From NCBI RefSeq assembly GCF_000497125.1, contig NC_090599.1, positions 1,364,001-1,428,000 on the forward strand: DNA of 64,000 nt. The letters are read 5' to 3'. The position numbers were made by a program, and so were the translations under genes. Source of the stretch: Spironucleus salmonicida. Taxonomy: Eukaryota. The notes beneath the pieces are model-generated. The model did not search any database, was not told the DNA's origin, and saw only the letters and a program-made list of their open reading frames with translations. Of this stretch, positions 51,689 to 64,000 are shown piece by piece (the stretch's first letter is position 1; every line of letters starts with the position of its first letter).

Positions 51689-52705
51689 ATGAACTATTAA
51701 ATTTATCATGGACCTGACAACTTTTTCCTTCAGAATAATATATTTAGCTTAGGACCATAATCCTGCTATAATTGTGGTGTATAACTTACAGACTTAACGA
51801 TATTAAATAATAAATTTTGTTGTGATAAATGTGGAGATAATTTGACTTCAATTGATCTTAATAACAAATCATTAAATTAAATAGTATTTAATGCTTTAGA
51901 ATATGCTAAAAACTAAAAGCCATATAAATTCTCTAGAGATGAAGCTGTTCTATATGTTAATCGTACGAATGACTATGATAAAAATTAGCAATTAATCCTT
52001 GAAAGCAGTGTTTTATATTTTTAAGAAATTTATTAAAATGATAAATACTGTATTGTTAAATGTAATGATGATGATTTCGTTATTTCTTTCATTGATTTAT
52101 AACGTATCACACCAGATGTATAATGTTAGTTTTTCACAATATAAGAACTTTAACTGATGAAGTTTTTGCCTAAATTTTGGACAGAAAAGGCAGTACAAGT
52201 TGAGTTTATAGATTATGTACTAAAAAAATTTGTTAAAATTACGGCAAAACTTATAACAATTCTTGAAATTGATCAACATGCGATTTTAGTGCTTTAATAA
52301 GATGGTCAAATTTACTTTGTACCCTTTGCAGAAATATACGATGTAAAACATACTGAGTTAAATCTACAGCTGTTTGGAGTTTCAATATAAGTTTAAATAT
52401 AAAAAATACCAGTTTTTCTTTAAGAAAAATATTTTTATGATATTGAATAAATTTAACAATCATAAATATTAAATGAAGCAATAATATTAGAAGAAAAAGT
52501 ATTAAAAAGTATTGTTTTAAACTAGATTGATTTTTTATAAGGTTAAATTTAGAAATTAGTGCATGTAGATGCTAAAACTATAGCTAATTATGTGCATTTT
52601 CTATGCATCCAATTTGGAGTTGAGAGTGCAATCGAATCTGGGGAAGACATTTAGAGGGGTAATATAGGAATCAGTATTTAGCGATTGATTAAGACTTTGA
52701 GTTGA
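51689..52705 (+). CDS. Hypothetical protein with N-terminal CxxC..CxxC zinc ribbon (338 aa)
   Basis: CYNCG...CDKCG; frame read through to ...IKTLS*. Confidence 0.65.
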
Positions 52706-52816
52706 AGTTTTTATAACTATTATAAATAACTTAATATATTATATAATATCAATATTACAATTAATATGGAAAGTATTTAAATTAATATATAACATCAATA
52801 AATAATACATGTTGTA

Positions 52817-53983
52817 ATGAAGAAGAAATAGACTGAACAAGTTGACTATTTCGCACAGGCAGAAGAAATATGGTTTCAAGCTTCTGACAAAGAATTTAAT
52901 GGTGACATGAGATCTGCATTTCAGTTATATAACCATGGCGTTGAATTGGCAGTTAAGTCATTACGCCTAACAAAAAATGAAAATCAAATGCTGATAATTG
53001 CAAATAGAATAAAAATAATTACACAGACAATATAATAAATCGAAATTAAAGATGAATCTGATGATATTGAAACATGTAAAGAAGATTAATTGGATGTTTT
53101 TGATTTATACTTTTCAGAATAAAAATTAGAAATGTATAGCTTAAAAGATCTAATAGTTGATTAAAATATAGTTTATTCATTGAATAAAAATATTATATAG
53201 CCATTGCGGTATCCATCAATATATAAGACGTGTTAATAACCAGTATTAGTTTATGGTTTACGTGGTGTTGGGAAAAGTTCATTGATTAAGGCGGCAATAC
53301 TAGAGTCTAATGCAAAATACATATCTTTAAAATAAACAGGATTTGATGAATTTCCAATTTGTTATAAAATTATTAAATAGTTGGCTAATTAGGAATTGTA
53401 ATAAAATGAAATTCTTGGTCATAAAATATAAATTCCAATAGGATTTCATATTTAAGTTTAATCATTAACCGATTAAATCTGCGAATTTATTTAATCTGTT
53501 TAAAATTTAGAAAGTGTGCAAGTGTTTATAGAAATTGGTAGTACAAACTTAATTCATAATAATTAATATTTTAATTAATTCAAAGTTTATCGACTTGATA
53601 TACCTTCTATTTTCGATTTAGAGATATATTTTAAATAAACTACAAATATTTAGACAGAAAACATTTATTTTAGAGGAATTACGCCAGGTATAATACTAAG
53701 AACATTTGAACAACAAAAACATATTATTTAGAAAGAGTTATTTTTCTCTAAAAAGTGGAGTTTAACGAAAGAAAATACATGGGTTCCAGATACTGAAGGA
53801 GAAGAAAAAGATTTTGGAGAGATACCGTATTATCAAATTGAATTTCCCAACCCAAAACTAGAATAGGTAATGGAACTTCTAGAAAAAAATAAAATTAAAA
53901 GTTAGGACCATTAATTATGGTGTAAGCAACTTAAAGATTTAAATCTAGGCATCTGTAGTGCATATGATCTGTATGAAGAATGA
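52817..53983 (+). CDS. Divergent Vps4-like MIT + AAA protein (~388 aa)
   Basis: MIT domain (ASDKEFNGDMRSAFQLYNHGVE), IIQPLRYPSIY, YGLRGVGKS, beta-domain-like WVPDTEGEEKDFGEIP. An alternative in-frame ATG lies at 52766. Confidence 0.7.
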
Positions 53984-54229
53984 TAGTGTATTTTAATATA
54001 TTATAAGATATTATATTAAAAATGATGCTAGGATTTCAATTTTCTAAAAGCTAGGGAAACAGTATACATTAATAAAATATCACACATTAGTAATTTGCTG
54101 ATACTATTAACTTACTAGACAATTATGCAGAAACGTAAACCTTTTAATAAGAATTTACATCTGAGTAGAAAGAATAAATTAAAATCATTATAGATTAAAT
54201 GAATATCTAGTGAAATATTTATTATAATA

Positions 54230-54526
54230 TCACCCTTTGAAAGCCAAAACTCCTAATAAACCGTAAGCCATATGTAATTTATGGTGGAGTTCATTATCAA
54301 CTGCAAAACCATAAGCTGTTCCTACACATACATGGAAAGATTAACCAAATTTCTTATCTAACTAATCTTTTATGACTTTAGCACATTGTGACGGATCTGT
54401 TGGAAATTTTTCGCATGCTGTAACGCAAAATTCTAATGCATCGACTCTTTCTTCTTCAGGCATATCACAATCGATGACCAATGGGTAGTTCATAGATTTT
54501 AAATAATCATCTTCATCATCAGACAT
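54230..54526 (-). CDS. DNAL4: Axonemal dynein light chain 4 (LC8 family), 98 aa
   Basis: YPLVIDCDMPEEERVDALEFCVTACEKF...IKDQLDKKFGQSFHVCVGTAYGF. Confidence 0.88.
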
Positions 54527-54653
54527 TTTGCGGAAGCGTAAAATTCGATAGATTAATATTTATATATAATAATATCCTTACTGAATAACTATATTCAAAT
54601 TAATATATATAATTATATAATATTTATTGATTACCCAAAATTTAAATTATTTA

Positions 54654-56762
54654 ATGGATCTAGAAATTACAAAAAGAGACTAGCTGCTATAGAAAGCATC
54701 TTAGTCCATTTAAATTTTATCAAAAGAGAATGAATCACTATAGAACATTTTGACTCAGCGCAATGATGAAATTATAAAATTGTAATAAAAAAATGCTAGA
54801 GTTGAAACTGATTTAAATAGTTTACAGAAAGAATATAATGAATCCATGGTTAAATCAGCGAGATAGTTATAAAATACTGTTTCCTAGTCTGGTCTATTTA
54901 CACCTTCAAATATCACTAATGATACAATGTATATTAACTAACTCAATTCCATTGACCTCAAAAATTAATAACAAACCTCATAGTATAAAAAGTAACTATA
55001 AACATAATTTGACGAGTAGTAGAAATTATTAGAGCAAAAGATTGATCTTTTAAAGCAGGAAAACAAGTCTATTAAACTTAATGAATAGAATCTTAGAAAA
55101 TTATTAGATGAATCTAATGACTAGGGTGGGAATTATAGAAAAGAAGTTAACTAAAATAATGATGAGCTTCGTAACCTTAGAGCTATTTAATCAGATTTTA
55201 AATTTTTAAGCGGAAAACATGATCAATTATAAGAATAATATACAAAGGTTTTTAATGATTTTTAGCAAGTGTTTTAAAATAATGAAAAACATGCAACAGA
55301 ATGTTAAAACTTAAGATTTTCTACATAATAGTTATAATAAGATTTGAAATAATATTAATAAAAGTCATCACAATTAGAAGTAGAACTAAATTCTGTATAG
55401 TAACTTAAATTTGAATTATAAACATAACATGATTTAGATGCTGTAAATATTCAGTCATCAGAAAGCTAAATTATTTAGTTATCATAAGAAAATAGTACTA
55501 TAAAGCTTAATCAAGCCAAGCTTAACGATGAAAATGAACGGTAACTTGCAGAAATAACATCGTAATTGTAGTAAATTTAAAATTATGAACTGTAATTAAA
55601 ATAATTAGAAAATAATATTAGAGATTAAACTTAAAAAGTTTAAAGTTAAATTATAGATGTTGATACTGGTAATTAGGCAAAAGAAGAATTAGTTAAATAG
55701 AAATCTATAATTTAAAGCTTATAATCGGAAAATAATAATTCTATTGAAAATTATAACTAAGTAAATTAACATTACTTCGAACTAAAGCAAAAATTTGAGT
55801 AATAATCGTTTCAATTATAGGAACAAGCCTTTTAATCTTAATAATACTAATAGTAAATTGATTCATTGAATGAGCTGAATATTAGAGATAAATCGACAAT
55901 TGATGCATTTATTGATAAAATTACAGAAACTGAATAATAGCTACAATAGATAAATATCTAAAAGTCATAAATAGCAGCTCAGTTAGAGTCTAATCAATAG
56001 GAATAGAAAACCAAAATAGAAACCTAATCAACTGAGTTAAATTAATATTAAACCAGAGTTCAAGCTTTTGATAACTAAATTAAAGAAAAAAATTAAAGAA
56101 TACTAGATTTAACAGAATAATCTTCTAATTTTGATATATAGTAAAAATTGTTACAAAGATTAATGTATGAAATAGCAACTGAATGTATGATAGATAACCC
56201 TATTGATAGCAATAGTCGTGAAAACTCATAGTTAATATTTTAGAAAATTGTTGGGGAAATTAAAAGTAAAAATTAATAAATTAAAGAAGCATAGTAACTT
56301 TTAAATGAATATTAAAATGCAACCGAATAAATAAACGAAAAAATATTAAAATAAGAATAACTATTAAAAATGGCTAGAGACGATATTGAAACACGAATTG
56401 CTAATGAAAATAGTTTAATAGCAAGTATAAATGAGCTATAAAAATAAGTTAATATATTGGACTAAGAGAATACAATTTTAAAATAAAAAATTGAAAATGA
56501 AGATTCTCATAAAAGCAAATTAAAATAATATGTTAATGATTGTAAACATAGAATTTAAAATTATGAAAATCAAAGCTCTGAATATTATTCATAATTAAAA
56601 TATAAAGAGGAGAATATTGATAAATAAGTATATAATTTATAAAAATCGGTTAGTTAAAACATAACTGAGTTTAGTCAAAGTATACTTTCAAAATTAAGAA
56701 ATGGTGATAAAGAGAGTGCAATCTCTGATATTCTTAAGCTTCATAAGACATTTATGATCTGA
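54654..56762 (+). CDS. Coiled-coil protein (~702 aa)
   Basis: Long Q/E/K/L heptad-rich frame MDLEITKRDQLLQKA...HKTFMI*. Confidence 0.75.
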
Positions 56763-56837
56763 GTGATTTACATTTTATTCATTTCCTCTTTATAAGTAAC
56801 ACTACAATATAATAATTTAATGATTTACCACTTCAAA

Positions 56838-59800
56838 ATGTCTAAAACTTAATAACTAGTTTACCCTACATATAGTTTTCAGAAACAGTAATTCATAGTA
56901 CCATAGCAAGGTATATCAATTGAATAAGTTTTGAATAATATATCTAAAGATAAATAGAAAATTAATGCTTCAATTCAAGCTCTACTCCAAGCTGCAGTAC
57001 AATATTTTGTTCCTAGTAATTTGAATAACCTTTTGTTTGCGATGACATAGTCAAATGAAGTGTATGATCTCAATATCAAACCACTTAATTATTTTATCAA
57101 TATTCTCTACTTGTAGTAAATAATTTAAACTTAATTCAAGTTATTGAATGAGAGGAGCTACGATCATGAATATACTATATAGCTATCGTTTATACTTGTA
57201 AATGAAGATTTTGACAAATTAGCATCATACATAGAATAGAATTTAGGAAAAATAAAAAATAAAGATAAAACTTTACATGATTAATTTTAGTAGTTATTAC
57301 TATCAATATAAGCTAAATAAGATTTTGTGATTAGTTTTGATATTGAATAAATAATTTCTAAAACAACAGGAGTCTACACTTTTAACTGTATTAAAAATAC
57401 AATGAAGTATAATCTAAATAGATTATCTGAAAACCTTTATATAGCTACGTAATTTATGAAATCTGAATATTTTTTAAACTATGTCTAAAAAGTTAAGGTC
57501 AATATTTAAGCTTTATCTCCTTAAGTTTCTTAATTTTAGCCGTAAATCCCAGATATATAATTATTAACAGACGTAGCTAATGAAATTCTTAGAATATCTG
57601 GAATTCCATTAGATAATTCTGTTTAGTTAATTAAGTTATTAGCAATTCGAGAATTGGGACAAGACTTAACATTTTTTAAAGATGGTTATTATACATTAGT
57701 CACACCTTAGCAGTTGGTTATATTACTGATTGACACAAGGGATAAAAAATAATAATTTAAGAACCCTAATTCATATTCTTTAATTTATATCAATTAATAA
57801 CCATTTTATTAACTGTTTTTTGATATTCCAAAAGATTTTGAACCTGTATCATAACTATCCCAATATCATTAAAGGTTGATGATATCATTTTTAGAATATC
57901 TTTAAAAGGTTTCTGAAGACTATTATGATTCAATACCTCATAGAGTTTTATTTATTCATTCATTTTCTACTAATAATATTCTTGTTAAAATACCAGCTGA
58001 AGCCGATAAATCCTGTGAATTCTTAATTCCTGCAGTTCCTTTAGGTAGAATAGAACTATAAGATCTGCCACCCTTACTTCTTTTTATTCATTCAAATTTA
58101 AAAATGGATTATGTAATGTAATTTATATTAATGTAAGTTATATCTGCAGGATTATTATTAGTGGAGCCATTATCTTCTTAAGTAGAATAAGTAATATAAT
58201 TAGGAGAGGTTTTAGGTGAAGATGCTAATAAATATAAACACATGCTAAGTCTAACAGATAAAATTGTTACATTAATTAAACTTATTTCTAGATCTGCATA
58301 GACTCCATAGTTATTGTATTTCTGTGTATCCAAAAATAATATTATGAATGAATAAATATTAGCAATATTTACAATTCTTAAATGTGGATTTTTAAGTCTT
58401 AAACATTTGACTTTGAAAAAAGTTTTAGAATTTTAATTAAATCATTATGAATTTATTAGATTTGATAGATAAACTATATGGTAAACATTTTTATAACATA
58501 TGTAAATATTTGTGAAACCTGATACTTAATCTGTCCTCAAATCTCCAATAGATTAATTGCCTTTACGTGACTATTTGTGTAAAAAAATGCCTAATCTAGT
58601 AGCATTTTTGGAGTCTTATGAGTTACCATACTTTGGTAATACAGAAAAACCAGCAGAATTATGTGGTTAATCATCCACTAGTACATTGATTGGAGACCTT
58701 AAGCCAGAGTTGGCTAAAAATAGACTTATTGCATTAATTCATGAATTGCAGCACCACCCAAGGCATAGCTATTTATCTGAAATAGATTCAGATATACCAT
58801 TTTTACCTTAGATCTTGGCAGATGCTACTAGTATCACTCCTCTTTCTGCAGCTATTAGATTCCATTATAAAAATTAACAAGGAGTAGATGCAGGTGGCAT
58901 GTGGAGAACTACACTTACAATACTTTTTGATGATTTATTAAGTGAATTGCCAATAACGAATGATGTCCTATTTGAAATTAAGAAGGCTGAAAAGTTTGGT
59001 AACAGGGACCTACACTTCGATGAACTCAATGAAGATAATCCAAATAGCCCAAGTTTATTGAAAGTTATAAATCTTAATTAAAAGACAATATTAGTACCTC
59101 ACTATAACGGTTATAACTGTCAAACTTCTTCTTCAATCTATCCTAGATTAACTGATAAAAGATCATGTTTATATTATTTAGGAAGAATATTTTCATTTTG
59201 TTTAATATATAGTGGAAGAATGCCGGATTTTTTACATTAAAATTTTTGGAAATCCTTGGTTGGAGGACGCTTATTTTTTGATGATGAGGTGATAAGAAAA
59301 TATTAGAGCAGATACGAAACAGACCCTATGTTTAAGATTAATGGAACGAAACCTTATTAAGAATTACTTTATCCTCTTACAATGGAAGAAATTTAGACGT
59401 ATTACAAAGAATATTATTAAATTTGGATGACTGCTAGCAAAGGAGAGGAAACTGATTTAGATATGCTAGGAGTTCATCCAAAAATTGTTGAGGAATTATA
59501 AAAGCAAGGTATTAATTTGGGAGTTTAGGATAATATCAAAAAGTATGCTAAGTTAGCATTCAAATAACTATCGTCTGGTTAGTCTTTAGGAAAAGCATAC
59601 TCAGAGTTTAGAAACGGTTTCAGACATCCATTTGCTACATCGATGGTAACACCTGTGGCTTTAGAACTATAAGTAATGGCGTAGTAAATTGATATCTGCT
59701 TTGATATAATTTCCTGGTAAGACTTATCAGAGTTAATGACTTTTGTACCTGCAGATGAAGAATATATTAACAGAGAGGAGATTGTTTCTTCTCTTATTTC

Positions 59801-60170
59801 TAGAAATATAGCATAGATTGAACTAGAACAAGAATTAGTTGATGAAAAAATCAAAATATTAAATAGTTTTAAAAAACTTTTAACAGATTCATAATTTTTC
59901 AGTCATAAAGAACTATTAGAGTTTGTATTTGCTAGCACTGGATAACGTAGCTTGAGAGGTACGGAACTTACCTTTATGTTTATCAAGCCTTCTAAAGAAA
60001 ATAAGCTCGCAAATGGCTAGTACGAGAGAAGATTAATTTAATTCCATACCTGCTTTAATTAAGCAGATATTCCTTTAGGATACTCTTTACAGCTTTCTGA
60101 AGATGAGCTGAAAGATTATATAAAAACATGCGTTTCTTCTGCTTTAGAAAATGGTTTTGCTATTATGTGA
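56838..60170 (+). CDS. HECT-type E3 ubiquitin ligase (~1110 aa)
   Basis: GVDAGGMWRT, YYLGRIFSF, catalytic FHTCFNQADIP, terminal NGFAIM*. Confidence 0.85.
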
Positions 60171-60213
60171 TCAATTTATTATATTATTATATAATAATTT
60201 TACTACTTTATTA

Positions 60214-60645
60214 ATGTAAAACAAAAATCACTTATCTGATTTCCTATTATAGCTTATTTTTGATGTACCAGCTGTTAACAACTCACATTATTAAATTGGT
60301 TTTAATATGGGAATGAGAATTGCTATTTTTATCTCTGCGTCTTTAAAATATCCACAAAACGATAACGAGCTTACTAGCTTTGCATCTTCTATATTGTAAC
60401 AGCTAGACCCAGCCAAATCAGTATTAATCGTATTTATTGAGGACAAAACTGAAGTAAACAGGTATTCGACTGCCTTCAAATCCCTGCCAATTTACAGCAC
60501 CTTAGACGCTCAGTAGCAGCTCATTTTTGCCACATTTTTAACTGGTATTCTAGACGGGTCCTTGTATCAGTTTCGCGTAACTGCGAACGCGCAATTTCAG
60601 CAGAAAGGTGCTGATTTCTAGTTCAATGTGAACTTAAACGAATGA
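60214..60645 (+). CDS. TRAPP complex Bet3-family subunit (Trs33/TRAPPC6-like), 143 aa
   Basis: QIGFNMGMRIA and ATFLTGILDGSLYQFRVTANA motifs. Confidence 0.6.
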
Positions 60646-60646
60646 G

Positions 60647-61438
60647 TCACTTTTTGATATTCAGTTTCTTGAACAGCTTCGCCTGATCATTTTTGTCGCT
60701 CGGCAGGTGGTCCTCCCCGTGTAATGCCGCCTGGCCTTTGTCAAAGGTCCGGAAGTCGCACAGAGGGCACTGCGTTTCGCGCTCGCGCGTGCCGCGCAAG
60801 AACTGTCGGTGCTCCTGGACGTGCATCAGAAAGTCGAAGAGGGTGTGGAAGTAGATGTCCTGGAACAGCTCGCCCGCGCTTCCCTCCTTGCTGTAGATTT
60901 CCTCGAAGCAGAAGTGGCAGCGATATCTGAAACTATCCGTATTGCAGTGTATTTCAACGTGCGCGTCCATCGCATTTTGCTCACGGAAAACGCAGAAACA
61001 GCCGGGGGCCCTGCACTGCTCATTGAGCTCCATTTTCATCGTGCTGAACTTGTAGACCAGCGACTGTTTCAGCTCCTGGACCTGGATTCCGCGGTCCAGC
61101 TTGTTCTCACGCAGATGCTGGTCCAAGTTCACCTGCGCCTGGTTGCCGAACGCGTCGTCGTAGGACACCAGCACGCGCGAGAACTCCCGCAGGTCGTTGC
61201 AGGTGACCGCGTGGATCGCGCGGCCAAAGAAGTTTGCGCGGCGGTCGGAGGCCTGGATTGCGCGCTGGAGCAGCGCGATTTGTTTCTTAAACGCAAGGTC
61301 CGAAACGACCGCATTTGGGCCTAAGAAATGCAGCGGGAGCGCAGTGAATTTTTGCTTCGAATGTGACTGGTTTTTGAGCACATCGAGGAAAAATGTCGAA
61401 ATAGGGAGGTTCAGCGGAGGCAGGATTGGCGGTTCCAT
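60647..61438 (-). CDS. C2H2-like zinc-finger protein (263 aa)
   Basis: CRAPGC...HVEIH, CHFC...HVQEH, CPLC...HGEDH. GC-rich, with no internal TAA/TAG. Confidence 0.75.
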   Translation of the reverse strand: MEPPILPPLNLPISTFFLDVLKNQSHSKQKFTALPLHFLGPNAVVSDLAFKKQIALLQRAIQASDRRANFFGRAIHAVTCNDLREFSRVLVSYDDAFGNQAQVNLDQHLRENKLDRGIQVQELKQSLVYKFSTMKMELNEQCRAPGCFCVFREQNAMDAHVEIHCNTDSFRYRCHFCFEEIYSKEGSAGELFQDIYFHTLFDFLMHVQEHRQFLRGTRERETQCPLCDFRTFDKGQAALHGEDHLPSDKNDQAKLFKKLNIKK

Positions 61439-61583
61439 GTTTGGGGCGATATAGGTTTTACTGTATAATAATCTAAATTAAAAATTTATTAAATTAATAT
61501 AGTAATATATGATAGTATATTATATTGATAATTTATCTTAATTAATAACCATAAGATAAAAATAGTCAATGTTCTTAATTCAC

Positions 61584-62930
61584 TCAATAAAAGATAATAA
61601 TGACCAAAGCGCTGATAAAGCTAGCTACAACATTCACTGCGCCATTGCTGAAGAAATTAATCCCTCCTATTGAGACTGAGCCGTCAATCGGGGTAGTAAC
61701 CACGCCATTGTCGTATTCACCACTATATTACAAATACATTCCAATTAAGGAATCGGAATAAGAACCAATAATTGCAGCAAAAAATATCCACCAAAACTCT
61801 CTCATCCCTTTATAATCAACAAATACGCACATGCAAATAATAAGCGCCCCAATAAATCCAGATAATGTCCCTTCAATGCTAATTCCTCCATTAATTCCAG
61901 TTTTAACTTACCTAAATGTAATGGGATGATATGTCCTATTTGATAGTACACAACCAAGATCTGAACCAAACGTGTCGGTTAAACACTCTGCTGATGCAGC
62001 TACACTGGCAGTGATAAATTTCTCATTTTTAGTAATTAAGTAAAATATTAAACAAATGATGCTTGCAATTGAATTATCAAAAGCTTGCCAAGCACTTCTA
62101 CCCAATTTTAATTCAGTAGAAATTGTCTTCTCAATCTACAATCTTTTTTATTTCCTAAATTAACTTGCAATTACTCCTAGTATTCCAAATCCGAAAAATG
62201 CAAGCAGAGCTTTGTATGAAACATATAAATGGAATGCTAAAATAAAAATAGATATTATAGCTCCATTTTTAGTTAATTTGCGCTTTATCATTAAAAATGA
62301 AGAAATATGAATTAAAATAGTCATAATAAAAACCTTATATGGAGAGTAAAATGACAAATATGTTAGTAAAGTAATTGTAAAATTATCTGATATTGCAGGT
62401 ATAGACTCACCTAAACATGCTACTAATGCGGAAAATATATTAATATCACCATAAAACCATTGACAAATAATGGTCCCGAACAATGTTAAAAATACACCTA
62501 ATATAGTTTTCTACGGATTTGATGGCAGTGCTTTGCTTTTAAAATAAGTAGAAAATCCAGCAAGTCCATCACCACCAATTAATGCACATAGTGACATGCC
62601 AAATTTATGGTCACATTTAAAAATTGGATAAGCAATTACTAAAGCAAAATATGTTATAATTTCAAATGGGTAAGGCTTGTTATTTTTAGAGAGCAAAATC
62701 GGAACAAATATAAAATTAGGTATTATTAAACAAATAAGATAAATAAATAACCCTATTCCAGGATACAGTGCTGAAATTAATGGACATTATTCCGGATTAA
62801 CAAAATAATTAATGAAAACAAATCCTGTAACTATATGAGTTATTTTTCTAATATATCTTTATGGAAGCATTATAACACTAATTGATAAAACTATAATCAT
62901 TAAACCAGCGGATATAAATTATTTATTCAT
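61584..62930 (-). CDS. Fusion of phytol/dolichol kinase-like (cytidylyltransferase family) and DUF92/TMEM19 domains (448 aa)
   Basis: N-half: RKITHI, GGDGLAG, NPQKTILG, ESIPAISDNF. C-half: KLTKNGA, GRSAWQAFDN, DTFGSDLG, PITFRQVKTGINGGISIEGT, DSLIGMYLQ, NGSVN. Confidence 0.8.
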
Positions 62931-63086
62931 TTTTGTTATATTAAAATAAATATATTATAATAACGATCAAGATAATTTATAATTTCTAAAATAATACAAA
63001 TTAACTAAGACTCAGTAATATAATGTTATGAAAATTAATAATTATTAAAATATACATATATAATAAATAAAACTCAATGCAGGTTA

Positions 63087-64000
63087 TCATTTATTAGAAT
63101 CTCTACAGCTTTCAGAATTTGTTGCTTATCCACCATGACCAGTAGCACTTAATATTTATTACACACATATTTACTAATTAGAAATGAAGTAGTCAAAATC
63201 CACATATTCCGAAGTAAATTCAATAGCCTTCCCTATATTAACTTCCATTTAACTTATAACATCGTATAAATGACCTTAAAATTCAGCTTTTCCATAGCTA
63301 ATAATATCAAAAACTAACTAACTTACAGCTACAGAATTTAATCTAGCATTAGACTAAACTGTGTCTGCTTCTTTAGGTACTTTTCCAAAAGCATCAAATC
63401 TGCAAAGTTTATGACCTAAAAGGGATCCGATAACATTACCATATGCAATACCCACACGAAGTGATACCAAATTTTCAAATTATGGATGCATTTTTCTCAT
63501 TGTCTCTTTACAGTCATGAATAAATCCCAGTCCTACTGCTAAAAGAATAACTATTGCATCATACGACTTTCTTAATTCTGATGGAGTTTTAAATAACTTT
63601 TATAAATGCGCAGGTAATTATTTTTCAAATGTTGCTTTTTCTTTGTAGTCTTAAGTATATATCTTTAAAGTACATGGCAATGACATTAGTTCATAAGAAT
63701 CACCAGAAATTTTAATTTAAATTAAATTTTTGGCTTTTGAGATTCTGGTATCAAATTTATGGAATAAATTATCTAAAAAGCTCATCATCTATTCGACAGT
63801 TATTGATGTTGAAAATTATGTGAAATTTGCAATATCAAGATTTAAATAAGCTACATTATCAAAATTAATAACGGGCCGTGTTTATGTTAAATTTTTTGTG
63901 TTTGGTAGAGACAAGTAGTCATTGAATTTTCGATATAATTTTACTGATATATCTTAATTTTTTTCCTCAGATAGTATAGATTAAGATTGATATTTTAGTA
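63087..64000 (-). CDS. 5'-partial class III adenylate cyclase (C-terminal catalytic domain)
   Basis: LDIANFTQFS, FLDNLFHKFD, IKISGDSYE, LRVGIAYGNVIGSLLG, RFDAFG; stop at 63087-63089. Confidence 0.85.

Noticed and set aside
1-64000. Widespread pseudogenisation, or introns explaining broken ORFs
   Set aside because: All interruptions are TAA/TAG and vanish under the Gln code. No frameshift or intron was needed in any gene traced.

Overview
Gene-dense, AT-rich eukaryotic DNA that uses the alternative nuclear code with TAA/TAG = Gln and TGA as the only stop. With tiny intergenic spacers, no visible introns and AGTGA overlapping many stop codons, this points to a hexamitid diplomonad (Spironucleus-like). 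The supplied standard-code ORF track fragments nearly every gene, so I re-read the frames by hand with TGA as the sole stop and found about 46 CDS. Recognisable products: SSRP1-like, WD40/WDR5-like, PARN/CAF1 deadenylase, DDX6, eIF4E, two class III cyclase-like proteins, annexin (2 copies), ABITRAM/FAM206A-like, Cdc73-like, kinesin, DDX54/Dbp10, TPR protein, Sas10/Utp3, FERM protein, acylated EF-hand-like protein, Pol kappa, CFAP52-like, Dis3, degenerate Vps4, DNAL4, HECT E3 and a TRAPP subunit. Highlights: (1) a 1,904-bp near-identical GC-rich annexin cassette duplicated in inverted orientation around an 11.3-kb segment, with microhomologies at the junctions; (2) a protein with bacterial ROK-repressor architecture (N-terminal HTH plus kinase-dead ROK domain); (3) a fused phytol/dolichol-kinase + DUF92 (VTE5+VTE6-like) protein; (4) sharp GC islands that cut through genes. 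All family assignments are by-eye motif recognition. No database searches were run, and long frames were spot-checked rather than verified codon by codon.
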